A stretch of 63,639 nucleotides of DNA, filler included, from 6 parts of 6 records of this genome joined end to end with filler, not necessarily neighbours in it, one strand, 5' to 3'. Shown: positions 1-9,979, counted from the first letter of the whole stretch. Numbers and translations: made by a program. Notes: generated from the sequence alone by a model not told the origin.

Positions 1-834
1 CTGGCGCAGCATGCCGGCGGTGTCGCGGCCCGCGCTGCCCGCCTCGGAGCGGAAGCATTGCGTGTGGGCGACGTAGCGGCGGGGCAGGCTTTCGGCCTCG
101 ACCGTCTCGCCGTTGACGATGTTGGTCAGCGGCACCTCGGCCGTGGGCACCAGCCACCAGCCGTTGGTGGTCTCGTAGCTGTCCTCGCCGAACTTGGGCA
201 GCTGGCCGGTGCCGTACATCATCTCGGGGCGCACCAGCACAGGGGTCCATGCCTCGGTCAGCCCGTTCCTGTCCACATGGGTGTCCAGCATGAACTGCGC
301 GAGCGCGCGGTGGATGCGGGCCACGGCGCCGCTGAGCAGCATGAAGCGGGTGCCCGACAGCTTCGCGGCGGTCTCGAAGTCCATGCCGGTTTGGACGCCC
401 GCGATCTCGAAGTGCTCCTTCGGCGCGAAATCGAAGCTGCGGGGCTCGCCCCAGCGCTTGACCTCGACGTTGTCGGCCTCGTCGGCGCCCTCGGGGACGT
501 CGTCGAAGGGCAGGTTCGGCACGCCCATCAGCAGTTCGGTCAGCTGCGTGTCGAGCGCCTTGGCCCGGTCCTGCATGGCGCCGACCTCTGCCTTCTTCTC
601 GCCCACCAGCGCGCGCAGGCGCTCGAATTCGGCGTCGTCGCCCTTGGCCTTGGCGGCGCCCACGTCCTTGGCGGCGCGCTTCTGCTCGGCCTGCGCGGTC
701 TCGGCGGCGTGGATGGCGGCGCGGCGCGCCTCGTCCAGCGCCAGCACCTCGGAGGACATCGGCGCCGCGCCCCGGCGCGAGAGGGCGGCGTCAAAGGCCG
801 CGGGATTGTCGCGGATTGCGCGGATGTCGTGCAT
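1..834 (-). CDS. serS: Serine--tRNA ligase, 5' part (runs off the window start)
   Basis: Translated by hand because it is absent from the ORF track (no stop codon): ATG at 834 gives [22 protein letters not shown]..., then LVPTAEV, and ends [19 protein letters not shown] (class II motif 2). Confidence 0.96.
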   Translation of the reverse strand, partial: MHDIRAIRDNPAAFDAALSRRGAAPMSSEVLALDEARRAAIHAAETAQAEQKRAAKDVGAAKAKGDDAEFERLRALVGEKKAEVGAMQDRAKALDTQLTELLMGVPNLPFDDVPEGADEADNVEVKRWGEPRSFDFAPKEHFEIAGVQTGMDFETAAKLSGTRFMLLSGAVARIHRALAQFMLDTHVDRNGLTEAWTPVLVRPEMMYGTGQLPKFGEDSYETTNGWWLVPTAEVPLTNIVNGETVEAESLPRRYVAHTQCFRSEAGSAGRDTAGMLRQ

Positions 835-884
835 CGTATCCTCCGAAAGTCTGGCGCGAGTCGCGGGACTTATGCCCTATCCTC

Positions 885-1538
885 TCAGGGGAGGGTAGGG
901 CCTCGGACGCGGTCTTCCACTTGGCCCAGCAGCCATGCGTCGACCGGCACCGCCAGCGCCGCCCCGCCCGAGGCGGCGACGACGACGGCGACCAGCGTGC
1001 GGGGCGGGCCCTCCTGCGCAAGGACCGGGCTGCCGGACTGGCCGCTGCGCACCGGGCAGCCGACCCGCAAGAGCGCGCCGGGCGCCGTGGGGCATCCGGC
1101 CTGCACGGTCTGCGCCAGCCCGCCGTCCCGGGGGTAGCCGATCAGGGTGACGGGGGCGCCCGCGACGGCGATCCCCAGCGCGAGGGGCGGCACCGGCAGC
1201 CGCCGGGACAGCCGCAGCAGGGCCACGTCATGACGCGTGTCGAGCCGGTCGCCGCCGGGGTAGGCCTGCGGATGCAGGATGACCTCGGTCACGCGCGCGA
1301 CATGGGGGCGGCCAGAGGCATCCGCGCCGGTGAAGAAGGTCATGCCCAGCAGCGGCACCAGTCGGCCGAGGCGGATGCGCGTCACGCAATGGGCGGCGGT
1401 CAGGGCAAGGTCGGGGGCGATCAGGCTGGCGGTGCAATGGCCAAGGCGGTCGGGCGCCTTGGCCCCCAGACGGCCCACCGCATCCTCGGCCCGGAGGGGC
1501 AGGGCGAGAAGCAGGAGAAGGGGCAGCAAGAGGCGCAG
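885..1538 (-). CDS. Secreted trypsin-like (S1) serine protease
   Basis: Triad motifs LTAAHC, HDVALL and GQSGSP; hydrophobic signal peptide ending LPLRA. The ORF track starts at TTG 1529; CTG 1538 fits the Shine-Dalgarno site better (see findings). Confidence 0.85.
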   Translation of the reverse strand: MRLLLPLLLLLALPLRAEDAVGRLGAKAPDRLGHCTASLIAPDLALTAAHCVTRIRLGRLVPLLGMTFFTGADASGRPHVARVTEVILHPQAYPGGDRLDTRHDVALLRLSRRLPVPPLALGIAVAGAPVTLIGYPRDGGLAQTVQAGCPTAPGALLRVGCPVRSGQSGSPVLAQEGPPRTLVAVVVAASGGAALAVPVDAWLLGQVEDRVRGPTLP

Positions 1539-1758
1539 GGGGCGGATCCTCGGGTGACGCGGGCGGATGGGGGCGGACGGGGACGGGTCGCGCGGTGAAG
1601 CCTAAGCGCTTGCCCCGGGGCCTACAATCCCGCCGCATCCCAAAACGCCGCGCCTTGCCTTGCATCCGCCCCGCGCCGCGCATAGGTTCCGCGCGACTTC
1701 GCCCGGGCGATCCGCGGCGCCGTGACAAGAAGACCAAGACCCACCAAAGGAGCACCTC

Positions 1759-2046
1759 ATGGATCCTGCCGCACTCGGCCAGTTCGTCCCGCTTATCCTC
1801 ATCTTCGCCATCATGTGGTTCCTGCTGATCCGTCCCCAGCAGAAGAAGATCAAGGACCACCAGAAGATGGTCGAGGCGCTGCGCCGCGGGGATCAGGTCG
1901 TCACGCAGGGCGGGATCATCGGCAAGGTCTCCAAGGTGAAGGACGGCAACGAGCTCGAGGTCGAGATCGCCGAGGGCATCCGTGTCCGCGTCGTCAAGTC
2001 CACCGTGGCGCAGGTTCTGTCCAAGACCGAGCCCGCCGAGGGCTGA
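1759..2046 (+). CDS. yajC: Preprotein translocase subunit YajC
   Basis: FLLIRPQQKK and LRRGDQVVTQGGIIG signatures; AAGGAG upstream; precedes secD. Confidence 0.97.
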   Translation: MDPAALGQFVPLILIFAIMWFLLIRPQQKKIKDHQKMVEALRRGDQVVTQGGIIGKVSKVKDGNELEVEIAEGIRVRVVKSTVAQVLSKTEPAEG

Positions 2047-2091
2047 GGCCCCGGACCGACTGCCCAGAGACCTGCCCGAAAGGGGCCTTCG

Positions 2092-3753
2092 ATGCTGCAA
2101 ATCGACACCTGGAAGCGCGTGCTGATCTGGTCGACCGTCGTGGTCGGGATCGCCTTTGCCGCGCCCAACCTGTTCTATGGCCGCGTCGAGGGCCACAATG
2201 ACGCGGTGAAGGCCATCGAGGCCGGGGCCGACACCTTGGAGAACCGCGAGGCCGCTTCGGCATGGCCCTCGTGGCTGCCCTCGGGGCTGGTCAACCTTGG
2301 CCTCGACCTGCGCGGCGGCGCGCATCTGCTGGCCGAGGTGCAGGTCTCCGACGTCTATGCGGCGCGGATGGAATCGCTCTGGCCCGAGGTCCGCGACGTG
2401 TTGCGGGACGAGCGGGCCACCGTGGGCACCATCCGCCTGCAGGAGGGGCCGCCCGACGAATTGCGCGTCCGCATCTCGCAGCCCGAGGGCATGGAACGCG
2501 CCATCGAACTGGTGCGCGGCCTGTCCTCTCCGGTGGTCTCTCTGACCGGCTCTGGGACGCGCGACATCGAGGTGTCGGGCGACGGGGCGGATCTTGTCGT
2601 CACCCTCTCCGAGGCCGAACGGCAGGCCATCGACGAACGCACCCTGCAGCAGACGCTCGAGATCGTGCGCCGCCGGATCGACGAGGTCGGCACGCGCGAG
2701 CCCACGATCCAGCGGCAGGGCGGCGACCGCGTGCTGATCCAGGTGCCCGGGCTGGGCTCCGCGCAGGAACTCAAGGACCTGATCGGCACCACCGCGCAGC
2801 TGACCTTCCAGCCCGTCGTGGGCCGCACGGGCAGCGCCGGGGACAACCCCGGCGTCGGCAACGAGATCGTGCCCGCGCTGGACGAAGAGGGCGTCTTCTA
2901 CATCCTCGAACAGGCCCCCGTCGTCACCGGCGAGGAACTGGTCGACGCGCGGCCCGACTTCGACCAGAACGGGCGGCCTGCGGTGTCCTTCCGCTTCAAC
3001 CCCTCGGGCGGACGCAAGTTCGGCGATTACACGGCGGCCAACATCGGCAGCCCCTTCGCCATCGTGCTCGACAACGAGGTGATCTCGGCCCCGGTGATCC
3101 AAAGCCACATCGCGGGCGGGTCCGGCATCATCACCGGAAACTTCACCGTCGAGGAATCGACGAACCTCGCGGTGCTGCTGCGGGCGGGCGCGCTGCCGGC
3201 CGGGCTCGACTTCCTCGAGGAACGCACCATCGGCCCGGAACTGGGGCAGGACAGCATCGACGCGGGCAAGATCGCGACGATGGTGGCCTTCGTCGCGGTG
3301 CTGGTCTTCATGGTGCTGAGCTACGGGCTGTTCGGCATCTTCGCCAACATCGCCCTGATCCTGAACATCGGGCTGATGTTCGGCTTCCTCAGCAGCTTCG
3401 GCGCCACGCTGACGCTGCCGGGGATCGCGGGCATCGTCCTGACGGTCGGCATGGCGGTGGACGCCAACGTGCTGGTCTTCGAGCGGATCCGCGAAGAGCT
3501 GAAGACCGCGCGCGGCCCGGCACGGGCCATCGAACTGGGCTATGAAAAGGCCCTGTCGGCCATCGTCGACGCCAATATCACCACCTTCATCACCGCCGTG
3601 ATCCTGTACGTCATGGGGGCCGGTCCGGTGCGCGGCTTCGCCGTGACGCTGGGGGTCGGCATCCTGACCTCCGTCTTCACTGCGATCTTCGTGACGCGGC
3701 TGCTGATCGTGATCTGGTTCGAATACCGCCGCCCCAAGACGATCGAGGTGTGA
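2092..3753 (+). CDS. secD: Protein translocase subunit SecD
   Basis: LGLDLRGG, EERTIGPELG, GMAVDANVLVFERIREE motifs. Confidence 0.98.
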   Translation: MLQIDTWKRVLIWSTVVVGIAFAAPNLFYGRVEGHNDAVKAIEAGADTLENREAASAWPSWLPSGLVNLGLDLRGGAHLLAEVQVSDVYAARMESLWPEVRDVLRDERATVGTIRLQEGPPDELRVRISQPEGMERAIELVRGLSSPVVSLTGSGTRDIEVSGDGADLVVTLSEAERQAIDERTLQQTLEIVRRRIDEVGTREPTIQRQGGDRVLIQVPGLGSAQELKDLIGTTAQLTFQPVVGRTGSAGDNPGVGNEIVPALDEEGVFYILEQAPVVTGEELVDARPDFDQNGRPAVSFRFNPSGGRKFGDYTAANIGSPFAIVLDNEVISAPVIQSHIAGGSGIITGNFTVEESTNLAVLLRAGALPAGLDFLEERTIGPELGQDSIDAGKIATMVAFVAVLVFMVLSYGLFGIFANIALILNIGLMFGFLSSFGATLTLPGIAGIVLTVGMAVDANVLVFERIREELKTARGPARAIELGYEKALSAIVDANITTFITAVILYVMGAGPVRGFAVTLGVGILTSVFTAIFVTRLLIVIWFEYRRPKTIEV

Positions 3754-3754
3754 C

Positions 3755-4723
3755 ATGAGACTGAGGCTCGTTCCCCAGGAAACCAACTGGAACTTCTTCG
3801 GGCGCCCGACGCTCTGGCTGGGCATCTCGGTCGTGATGATCGTGCTGGCGCTGGTCAGCTTCGGCGTCCGGGGCCTGAACTACGGCATCGACTTTCAGGG
3901 CGGCACCACGATCCGCACCGAAAGCGCGCAGCCGGTGGACGTGGGCGCCTACCGCGACGCGCTGGCCGCGCTGGATCTGGGCGACGTGGTGATCTCGGAG
4001 GTCTACGACCCCAACTTCGGCCCCGAGCAGAACGTCGCCATGATCCGCATCCAGGCGCAGGACGGCGCGGAATCGGTGCGCCAGTCGACGATCGACTCCG
4101 CGCTGACGGCGCTGCAGGGCGTGGCCCCGGACGTGAAGTTCGTCTCGGTGGAATCGGTCGGTCCCAAGGTCTCGGGCGAGTTGATCCAGACCGCCGTCAT
4201 CGCCGTCGCCCTCGCCATCGCCACGGTGCTGGTCTACATCTGGCTGCGCTTCGAGTGGCAGTTCGCGCTGGGGGCCGTGATCGCACTGGTGCACGACGTG
4301 GTGCTGACCATCGGCATCTTCTCCGAGGTGGGGATCCGCTTCGACCTGTCGATCATCGCGGCGCTGCTGACCATCGTCGGCTATTCGCTGAACGACACGG
4401 TGGTGGTCTTCGACCGGGTGCGCGAGAACCTGATCAAGTACAAGTCCAAGGATCTCAAGGAGGTGCTGAACCTCTCGATCAACGAGACCCTGAGCCGGAC
4501 CTTCATGACCTCCTTCACCACGCTGATCGCGCTGATCGCGCTTTTCGTGCTGGGCGGGGACGTGATCCGGGGCTTCGTCTTCGCGATGATCTGGGGCATC
4601 GTGGTCGGCACCTATTCGTCGATCTTCGTGGCCTCGATCATCCTGCTGAAGCTGGGGGTGAAGCGCGACTGGACGACGCCTCCGGGCCAGCAGGGAAACC
4701 AGTTCGGCAACATCGACGCCTGA
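3755..4723 (+). CDS. secF: Protein translocase subunit SecF
   Basis: GIDFQGG, VGPKVSGEL, GYSLNDTVVVFDRVREN, GTYSSIFVA motifs. Confidence 0.98.
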   Translation: MRLRLVPQETNWNFFGRPTLWLGISVVMIVLALVSFGVRGLNYGIDFQGGTTIRTESAQPVDVGAYRDALAALDLGDVVISEVYDPNFGPEQNVAMIRIQAQDGAESVRQSTIDSALTALQGVAPDVKFVSVESVGPKVSGELIQTAVIAVALAIATVLVYIWLRFEWQFALGAVIALVHDVVLTIGIFSEVGIRFDLSIIAALLTIVGYSLNDTVVVFDRVRENLIKYKSKDLKEVLNLSINETLSRTFMTSFTTLIALIALFVLGGDVIRGFVFAMIWGIVVGTYSSIFVASIILLKLGVKRDWTTPPGQQGNQFGNIDA

Positions 4724-4792
4724 GGCGCCGGGCCTTGCGTCGCAGGGGGGCGGGCCTTGCCGGGCCCGTCTCTCCGGGGGTAGGATGAGGCC

Positions 4793-5146
4793 ATGCGCCT
4801 GAACGAGATCTCTTACGACGACGTCGCCCCTGTCGAGGGCTATGGCCCCGGATTCTTTCGCGTTTCCGGGGAGGTTCACGAGGGGCCGATGCTGCTTTGG
4901 GCCCGCGGCAAGGCGTCCTGGGGCGGGTTGTCGGATGCCGACAGCCTGCTGACGCTGGCGGGCCATGTGGACGTGCTCTTCGTCGGGGTGGGCGCCGAGA
5001 TGGCCTATCTGCCGGGCGCCCTGCGGAGGGTGCTGGACGAGGCGGGGCTGGGCGTCGAGGTGATGACCTCTCCCTCTGCCTGCCGGACCTACAACGTGCT
5101 CCTGTCCGAGGGGCGGCGGGTGGCGCTGGCGGTGCTCCCGGTCTGA
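4793..5146 (+). CDS. Mth938-like (DUF498) protein
   Basis: GYGPGFFRV at the N-terminus and ACRTYNVLLSEGRRVA at the C-terminus; usual position after secF. Confidence 0.9.
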   Translation: MRLNEISYDDVAPVEGYGPGFFRVSGEVHEGPMLLWARGKASWGGLSDADSLLTLAGHVDVLFVGVGAEMAYLPGALRRVLDEAGLGVEVMTSPSACRTYNVLLSEGRRVALAVLPV

Positions 5147-5200
5147 CGCAGCGCGGGTCGGCCATCGGGCTTTTCGAAGGTTTTCCAGAGAAGACGCAGC

Positions 5201-5340
5201 GGGTTGCGCGTGATCCTTCAGGTGGGGTGCGGTGCGGTCGACCCTTTGCCGGACCTGGGCGGCGCGCTTTGGGGCGAGGCCGGGCATCGGTATTTTTGCC
5301 AAGAAGAAACGGAGGGTTGCGCGTGATCCTCGAGGTGGGG
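5201..5340. repeat. Two copies of a 27-nt imperfect direct repeat, period 113 nt, cut off by the contig end
   Basis: GGGTTGCGCGTGATCCT-tc-AGGTGGGG at 5201-5227 and GGGTTGCGCGTGATCCT-cg-AGGTGGGG at 5314-5340 (25/27 identical); each has AGAAGA shortly upstream. Confidence 0.75.
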
Positions 5341-5440
5341 NNNNNNNNNNNNNNNNNNNNNNNNNNNNNNNNNNNNNNNNNNNNTTAATTAATTAANNNN
5401 NNNNNNNNNNNNNNNNNNNNNNNNNNNNNNNNNNNNNNNN
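5341..5440. other. Artificial contig linker (N44-TTAATTAATTAA-N44)
   Basis: Identical 100-nt spacer occurs five times; TTAATTAATTAA places stop codons in all six frames. Confidence 0.99.
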
Positions 5441-6806
5441 ACTTGGCGATCAGCCCGTCGAATTGCGTCTGCGCGCGGGCGGCGTCGGCGGTCTCGTCAA
5501 TGCCGGGGATCACGCCGTCGGCCATCACCTGCCGCCCGTCGATCCAGACATCGCGCACATCGCGGCCAGAGGCTGAGGTCATCAGCGTCTGCACCGGGTC
5601 GGGCGTTTGCAGGGTCTGGCGCAGGTCGATCACTGCCATGTCGGCCTTGGCGCCGGGCGCAAGGCGGCCCAGATCGGGCCTGTTCAGAGCCTGCGCCCCG
5701 CCCAGCGTGGCGGCGTCGAACATGTCTTCCGAACGGATCGCCTCCGTGCCTTCCGACACACGCGCCATCATCATGCCGATCTGCATGTTCAGGATCATGT
5801 CGGCGGGGTGCGTGTCGGTGCCAAGGCCGATATTGATGCCCTTGGCGCGGACCTTGGGGAAGCTTTGCAGCATCCCGCCGTGGCGCGCGGCGACCAGCGG
5901 GCAATGCACCAGCGTGGCCCCGGCCCCCGCGATCAGGTCGAATTCGGCCTCGGTCGCCTCGGTGCCATGCGGCAGCAGCCAGTTGTCGCGCAGCGCCCCG
6001 ATGCGGTGCAGCCATTCGATCGGCGCGCAGCCGTGCTGTTCGCGCACCAGCCGCAGCTCGACCGGCGACTGGCTGCAATGCTGGCGCACCGGCGCGCCCA
6101 TCTCAGACGCGATCTCGGCGGTGCGGCGCAGCAGCGTTTCTGTGCAGGTCTCGATCCGGTCGGGGGCGAACATCGCGCGGATACGACCGCCCGCGATCCC
6201 GTCGATGCGCCGCGCGAAGTCGGCGGCCTCTGCGAGCCCCGCCAGCCCGCGCGCCTCCTCAAAGACCGCGCGGATATTGCCCGCCTCGTCCGTCACCTGC
6301 CCGCCGGTGCGATAAGCCGGACCAAGGTAGACGCGCAGGCCAAGGTCTTCGGCGGCGGCGGCGGCGGCCTCGAATTCCGCCACCGTCTCGCCCCACGCGC
6401 GGTAGAACAAAGAGGCGATGGGCAGCGCCGTGGTGATGCCGTTGCGGATCAACTGCGCGAAGGCATGGCGTTTCTGAAACGCCAGTTCCTCGGTGGCATA
6501 CATCTCGTATGGGCCACGGGCGATGTAGGTTTCGGGCCAGACCCGCCCCTTCTTCCACGCGGGGCCGTTGTCATAGCCGAGGATCGTGGTGTCGAGATCG
6601 GACAGCGCATCGAGGTCGATGAAGCCGGGAGAGATCACCGCCTCGCCGTAGTCGATCCGCCGCGCGACCTCGCCCTCGAAATCCGCACCGACGTGCAGGA
6701 CATCGGTCCCGTCGATCACCACCACACCGTTCTCATGCACGGTGTGTTGGCCGTCTTGATGGCCGATGACCCAGCGGGCCGAAAGAAGCGTCCGCCCCTG
6801 CATCAT
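5441..6806 (-). CDS. Amidohydrolase family protein (TrzA/AtzA/SsnA-like) with a non-canonical metal motif; 3' end cut by the linker
   Basis: PGFIDLDALSD, LIRNGITT, FAPD, HCSQ, LLPHG, GLGTD, ATLGGAQAL, GRLAPGAKADM. The ATG at 6806 overlaps the upstream stop (ATGA). Confidence 0.88.
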
Positions 6807-7984
6807 GGGGCCTCGATCACGCAGGCGCCGTCGCGCGCGATCACTTCGCCGCCCTTCAGCGCCAGCTTGCGCGGGGCGTGGGTGACGATCGCTTCGGCCA
6901 GGGTCTCGCCCTCGACCAGCAGGCAATCGGCGCGGCAGCCCGCGTCCAGACCGTAGCCCTCGACCCCCATGATCGCCGCGCCGCCAAAGGTGCAGATCTC
7001 CAGCGCCAGTTCGACCTCGTCATCGCGGCGCAGGTTGTTGCGCATCCCGATGTGCATGGCCTTCTCCAGCATGTCCGAATTGCCATAGGGCCCCCATGTG
7101 TCGCGGATGCCGTCGCAGCCCGCGCCGGTCAGGATGCCCAGCGCCTTCAACTCCTTGACCGCAGGCACCGGCGCCGAGGCGGGCGCGGTCGTCAGGATGT
7201 GGATGCGGTTCTCGGCCAGCTTCTCGTGCTGCCCGTGGACATAGGCGCGATCCACCGCACCAAGGCAGAAGGCATGGGAAATCGACACCATGCCCTGCAT
7301 TCCCAGCGCCACGGTGCGGTCGATGATCTCCTCCATCGAGAACCAGCCCAGCGCGTCGCGTTCGTGCAGGTGGATGTCGATGGGCTTGCCGTGCTTTTCA
7401 GCCAGCGCGAAGACGGTATCGAGGTGGCCTTTGGGGTCATGCTCCATCCCGCAGGGGTCGATTCCGCCGACCAGATCAGCCCCAAGCGCCAGCGCCTCGT
7501 CCATCAGCTCGGCAGTACCCGGGCGAGTCATCATGCCCGACTGGGGAAAGGCCACGATCTGGATGTCCACCATCCCGGCCAGCTTTTCGCGCGTGGCCAT
7601 GACGCCTTCGATCCCGGCGAGGCCGTGATGGGTATCGACGTCCACATGGCTGCGGATGTGGGTGCAGCCGTGCGACATGGCGAGGATGGCGTGGCGCTCG
7701 CTCTGGACCTGCGGATCGAGGCCGAGCGAGGCCTTCACCTCGCGCTCGTTGTCGATCTTGTCGATCAGGCGCGGGCCGACCTCGTTGCGATACCACGGCA
7801 GGCCCAGCAGGGACTTGTCGAGATGCGTATGCGCCTCGATCAGGCCGGGGATCACGATGCGCCCGCCGCCGTCGATCACCTCGGCCCCCTCGGGGGCCTG
7901 CGCCACGAAGACGCCGCCCTCGATATGCAGATCGGTGGCCGGGCCGCCCATGGGACGAACGTTCTGAAGGGTCTTGGAAGTCAC
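6803..7984 (-). CDS. Amidohydrolase family protein (cytosine deaminase CodA / AtzC-like)
   Basis: IEAHTHLDK, RSHVDVD, QIVAFPQ, GGIDP, DIHLHE, ISHAF, GCDGIRDTWGPYG. Likely GTG start at 7984, just after the permease stop. Confidence 0.92.
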   Translation of the reverse strand: MTSKTLQNVRPMGGPATDLHIEGGVFVAQAPEGAEVIDGGGRIVIPGLIEAHTHLDKSLLGLPWYRNEVGPRLIDKIDNEREVKASLGLDPQVQSERHAILAMSHGCTHIRSHVDVDTHHGLAGIEGVMATREKLAGMVDIQIVAFPQSGMMTRPGTAELMDEALALGADLVGGIDPCGMEHDPKGHLDTVFALAEKHGKPIDIHLHERDALGWFSMEEIIDRTVALGMQGMVSISHAFCLGAVDRAYVHGQHEKLAENRIHILTTAPASAPVPAVKELKALGILTGAGCDGIRDTWGPYGNSDMLEKAMHIGMRNNLRRDDEVELALEICTFGGAAIMGVEGYGLDAGCRADCLLVEGETLAEAIVTHAPRKLALKGGEVIARDGACVIEAP

Positions 7985-7989
7985 TGAAA

Positions 7990-8967
7990 TCACCGCAGTT
8001 TGGGGTTGAGCGCGTCGCGCAGCCAGTCGCCGATCATGTTGACCGACAGGACGATCAGGCACAGCTGGATCGACGGGAAGACCACGATCCACCACAGGCC
8101 GGAGAACAGGTACTGGTTGCCGATGCGGATGAGCGTGCCGAGAGAGGGCTGATCCGGCGGCATCCCCACGCCGAGGAAGGACAGCGTCGCCTCTGACAGG
8201 ATGGCGAGGCCGAAGTTCAGCGTTGCCGCCACCATGATGGGAGTCAGGCAGTTGGGCAGGATGTGGTGCAGCATCACGCGCCAGGATTTCACCCGGATCA
8301 GCTTGGCCGCCTGAACATATTCCTTCTTCGCCTCGACCATGGCCGAGGCGCGCACGGTGCGGGCGTATTGGACCCAGGACGGCACCGCGATGGCAAAGAT
8401 CAGGATCGGCGCCGCCAGCACCTCCTTGAGACCCGTGGGCAGAGATGCGCTGGCAATCGCGGTGATCAGGATGGCGATCAGGATGAAGGGCATCGACAGA
8501 AGGACATCGCCCACCCGCATGATGACGTTGTCGATCCAGCCGCCGAAGTAGCCCGCCACCAGCCCCAGCGCGAGGCCCACGGCCAGCGCCAGCAGCACCG
8601 AGGCAAAGCCGATGATCAGCGAGATGCGCGAGCCGTACAGCACCGCCGACAGGATATCGCGGCCCTGCGTGTCTGTCCCCAGCAGATAGGGCCATTGGCC
8701 GCCCGCCTCCCAGATCGGCGGGATCTCGGAGTTCCACAGCTCCAGCGCGGCCAGGTCATAGGGGTTCTGCGGCGTGATGAGGGGCGCAAGGAAGGCCGTC
8801 AGTGCCACCAGCGCCAGCAATGCCGCCGCAAAGATCGCCGACGGATGCGCGCGGAAGGAATGCCACAGATCGCTTTCGCGCAGACGGGTCAGCCTCGATG
8901 GGCGCAGCGGGGCGTCGGCCGTAGTCAGGGGAATTGTCTTTTCCATCGGGCTCTCCGGTTCAGCCAT
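7990..8967 (-). CDS. Dipeptide/oligopeptide-type ABC permease (DppC/OppC family)
   Basis: LLGTDTQGRD, EYVQAAKLI (EAA loop), HILPN, EATLSFLGVG, GDWLRDALNP. Confidence 0.95.
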   Translation of the reverse strand: MAEPESPMEKTIPLTTADAPLRPSRLTRLRESDLWHSFRAHPSAIFAAALLALVALTAFLAPLITPQNPYDLAALELWNSEIPPIWEAGGQWPYLLGTDTQGRDILSAVLYGSRISLIIGFASVLLALAVGLALGLVAGYFGGWIDNVIMRVGDVLLSMPFILIAILITAIASASLPTGLKEVLAAPILIFAIAVPSWVQYARTVRASAMVEAKKEYVQAAKLIRVKSWRVMLHHILPNCLTPIMVAATLNFGLAILSEATLSFLGVGMPPDQPSLGTLIRIGNQYLFSGLWWIVVFPSIQLCLIVLSVNMIGDWLRDALNPKLR

Positions 8968-9943
8968 TGCCACGGGCAGAGTCGTCGCGCAGGCGCGGAT
9001 CGACCCAGGCATAGGTGATGTCGACCAGCGTGTTCAGGACGACGAAAATCAGGGAAACGATCAGCAGGTAGGCGGCCATCACCGGCAGGTCGACGAAGGT
9101 GACCGCTTGGATGAACAGCATCCCCATCCCCGGCCATTGGAACACCGTCTCGGTCACGAGGGCGAAGGCGATCAGGTTGCCGATCTGCATCCCGGTCAGC
9201 GTGATCACCGGCATCAGGCAGTTGCGCAGCGCGTGGCGCCATTGCACGCGGGCGGTGGGCACGCCTCGGGCGCGGGCGAACTTGATGTAATCGGCGCGCA
9301 GGGTTTCCAGCATCTCGGCGCGCACCAGCCGCATCACCAGCGTCACCTGAAAGGTCGAGAGCGAGATCGCCGGCAGGATCAGCGCCGCCCGCCCCGAGGG
9401 CGTCAGCAGCCCGGTCGACCACCAGCCGATGTCCACCGTCTCTCCGCGGCCGAAGGCGGGCAACCAGCCCAGCGAGACGGAAAAGGCGAGGATCAGCAGG
9501 ATGCCCACCACGAAACTTGGCAGCGACACCCCGACGATTGACCCCAGTTGCAACACGTTGGCCAATCGGCTGTCGCGGTAGACCGCCGTGATGACGCCCG
9601 CCGGGATGCCCACGACAAGCGAGATCACCGTGGCCACCAGAACCAGTTCGAAGGTGGCGGGGAACCGCTCCTTGATCAGCACCATCACGTCCTGCTGATT
9701 GCGATAGGACACGCCGAAATCGCCCTGCACCGCATTGGTGACGAAGCGGGTGTACTGGGTGACGAAGCCGTCGTTCAGCCCCAGCCGTTCGCGCAGTTCG
9801 ATGCGGTCCTGCTGGGTGGCCTGCTCGTTGACCATCATTTCCACCGGATCGCCGAAGAACCGGAAGATCACGAAGGCCAGCAGCGCCACCGCCAGCATGA
9901 CGAAGGCGGCATTGGCCGTGCGTTTGAGGAGAAAGGCAATCAT
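8960..9943 (-). CDS. Dipeptide/oligopeptide-type ABC permease (DppB/OppB family)
   Basis: GDFGVSY, ERFPATFEL, DYIKFARARG, HALRN, ETVFQWPGMG, DITYAWVDPR. Start could be 9955. Confidence 0.95.
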   Translation of the reverse strand: MIAFLLKRTANAAFVMLAVALLAFVIFRFFGDPVEMMVNEQATQQDRIELRERLGLNDGFVTQYTRFVTNAVQGDFGVSYRNQQDVMVLIKERFPATFELVLVATVISLVVGIPAGVITAVYRDSRLANVLQLGSIVGVSLPSFVVGILLILAFSVSLGWLPAFGRGETVDIGWWSTGLLTPSGRAALILPAISLSTFQVTLVMRLVRAEMLETLRADYIKFARARGVPTARVQWRHALRNCLMPVITLTGMQIGNLIAFALVTETVFQWPGMGMLFIQAVTFVDLPVMAAYLLIVSLIFVVLNTLVDITYAWVDPRLRDDSARGNG

Positions 9944-9979
9944 TCCGTTGTCCATTCCGATGTTGCGGCGGTCAGAGGG

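Noticed and set aside
58-1137. 359-aa plus-strand ORF and the 234-aa ORF at 194-898
   Set aside because: Antisense shadows of serS, which is the real gene on the minus strand.
1228-5302. Long minus-strand ORFs (865 aa and 541 aa)
   Set aside because: Antisense to yajC-secD-secF; high GC3 suppresses stops on the opposite strand and there are no recognisable motifs.
5201-5340. Possible CRISPR array
   Set aside because: Only two non-identical repeats, an 86-nt spacer, and no cas genes.
6803-8737. Apparent 644-aa amidohydrolase with a long N-terminal domain
   Set aside because: The extension is an off-frame reading of the DppC permease gene; homology begins at about 7984.
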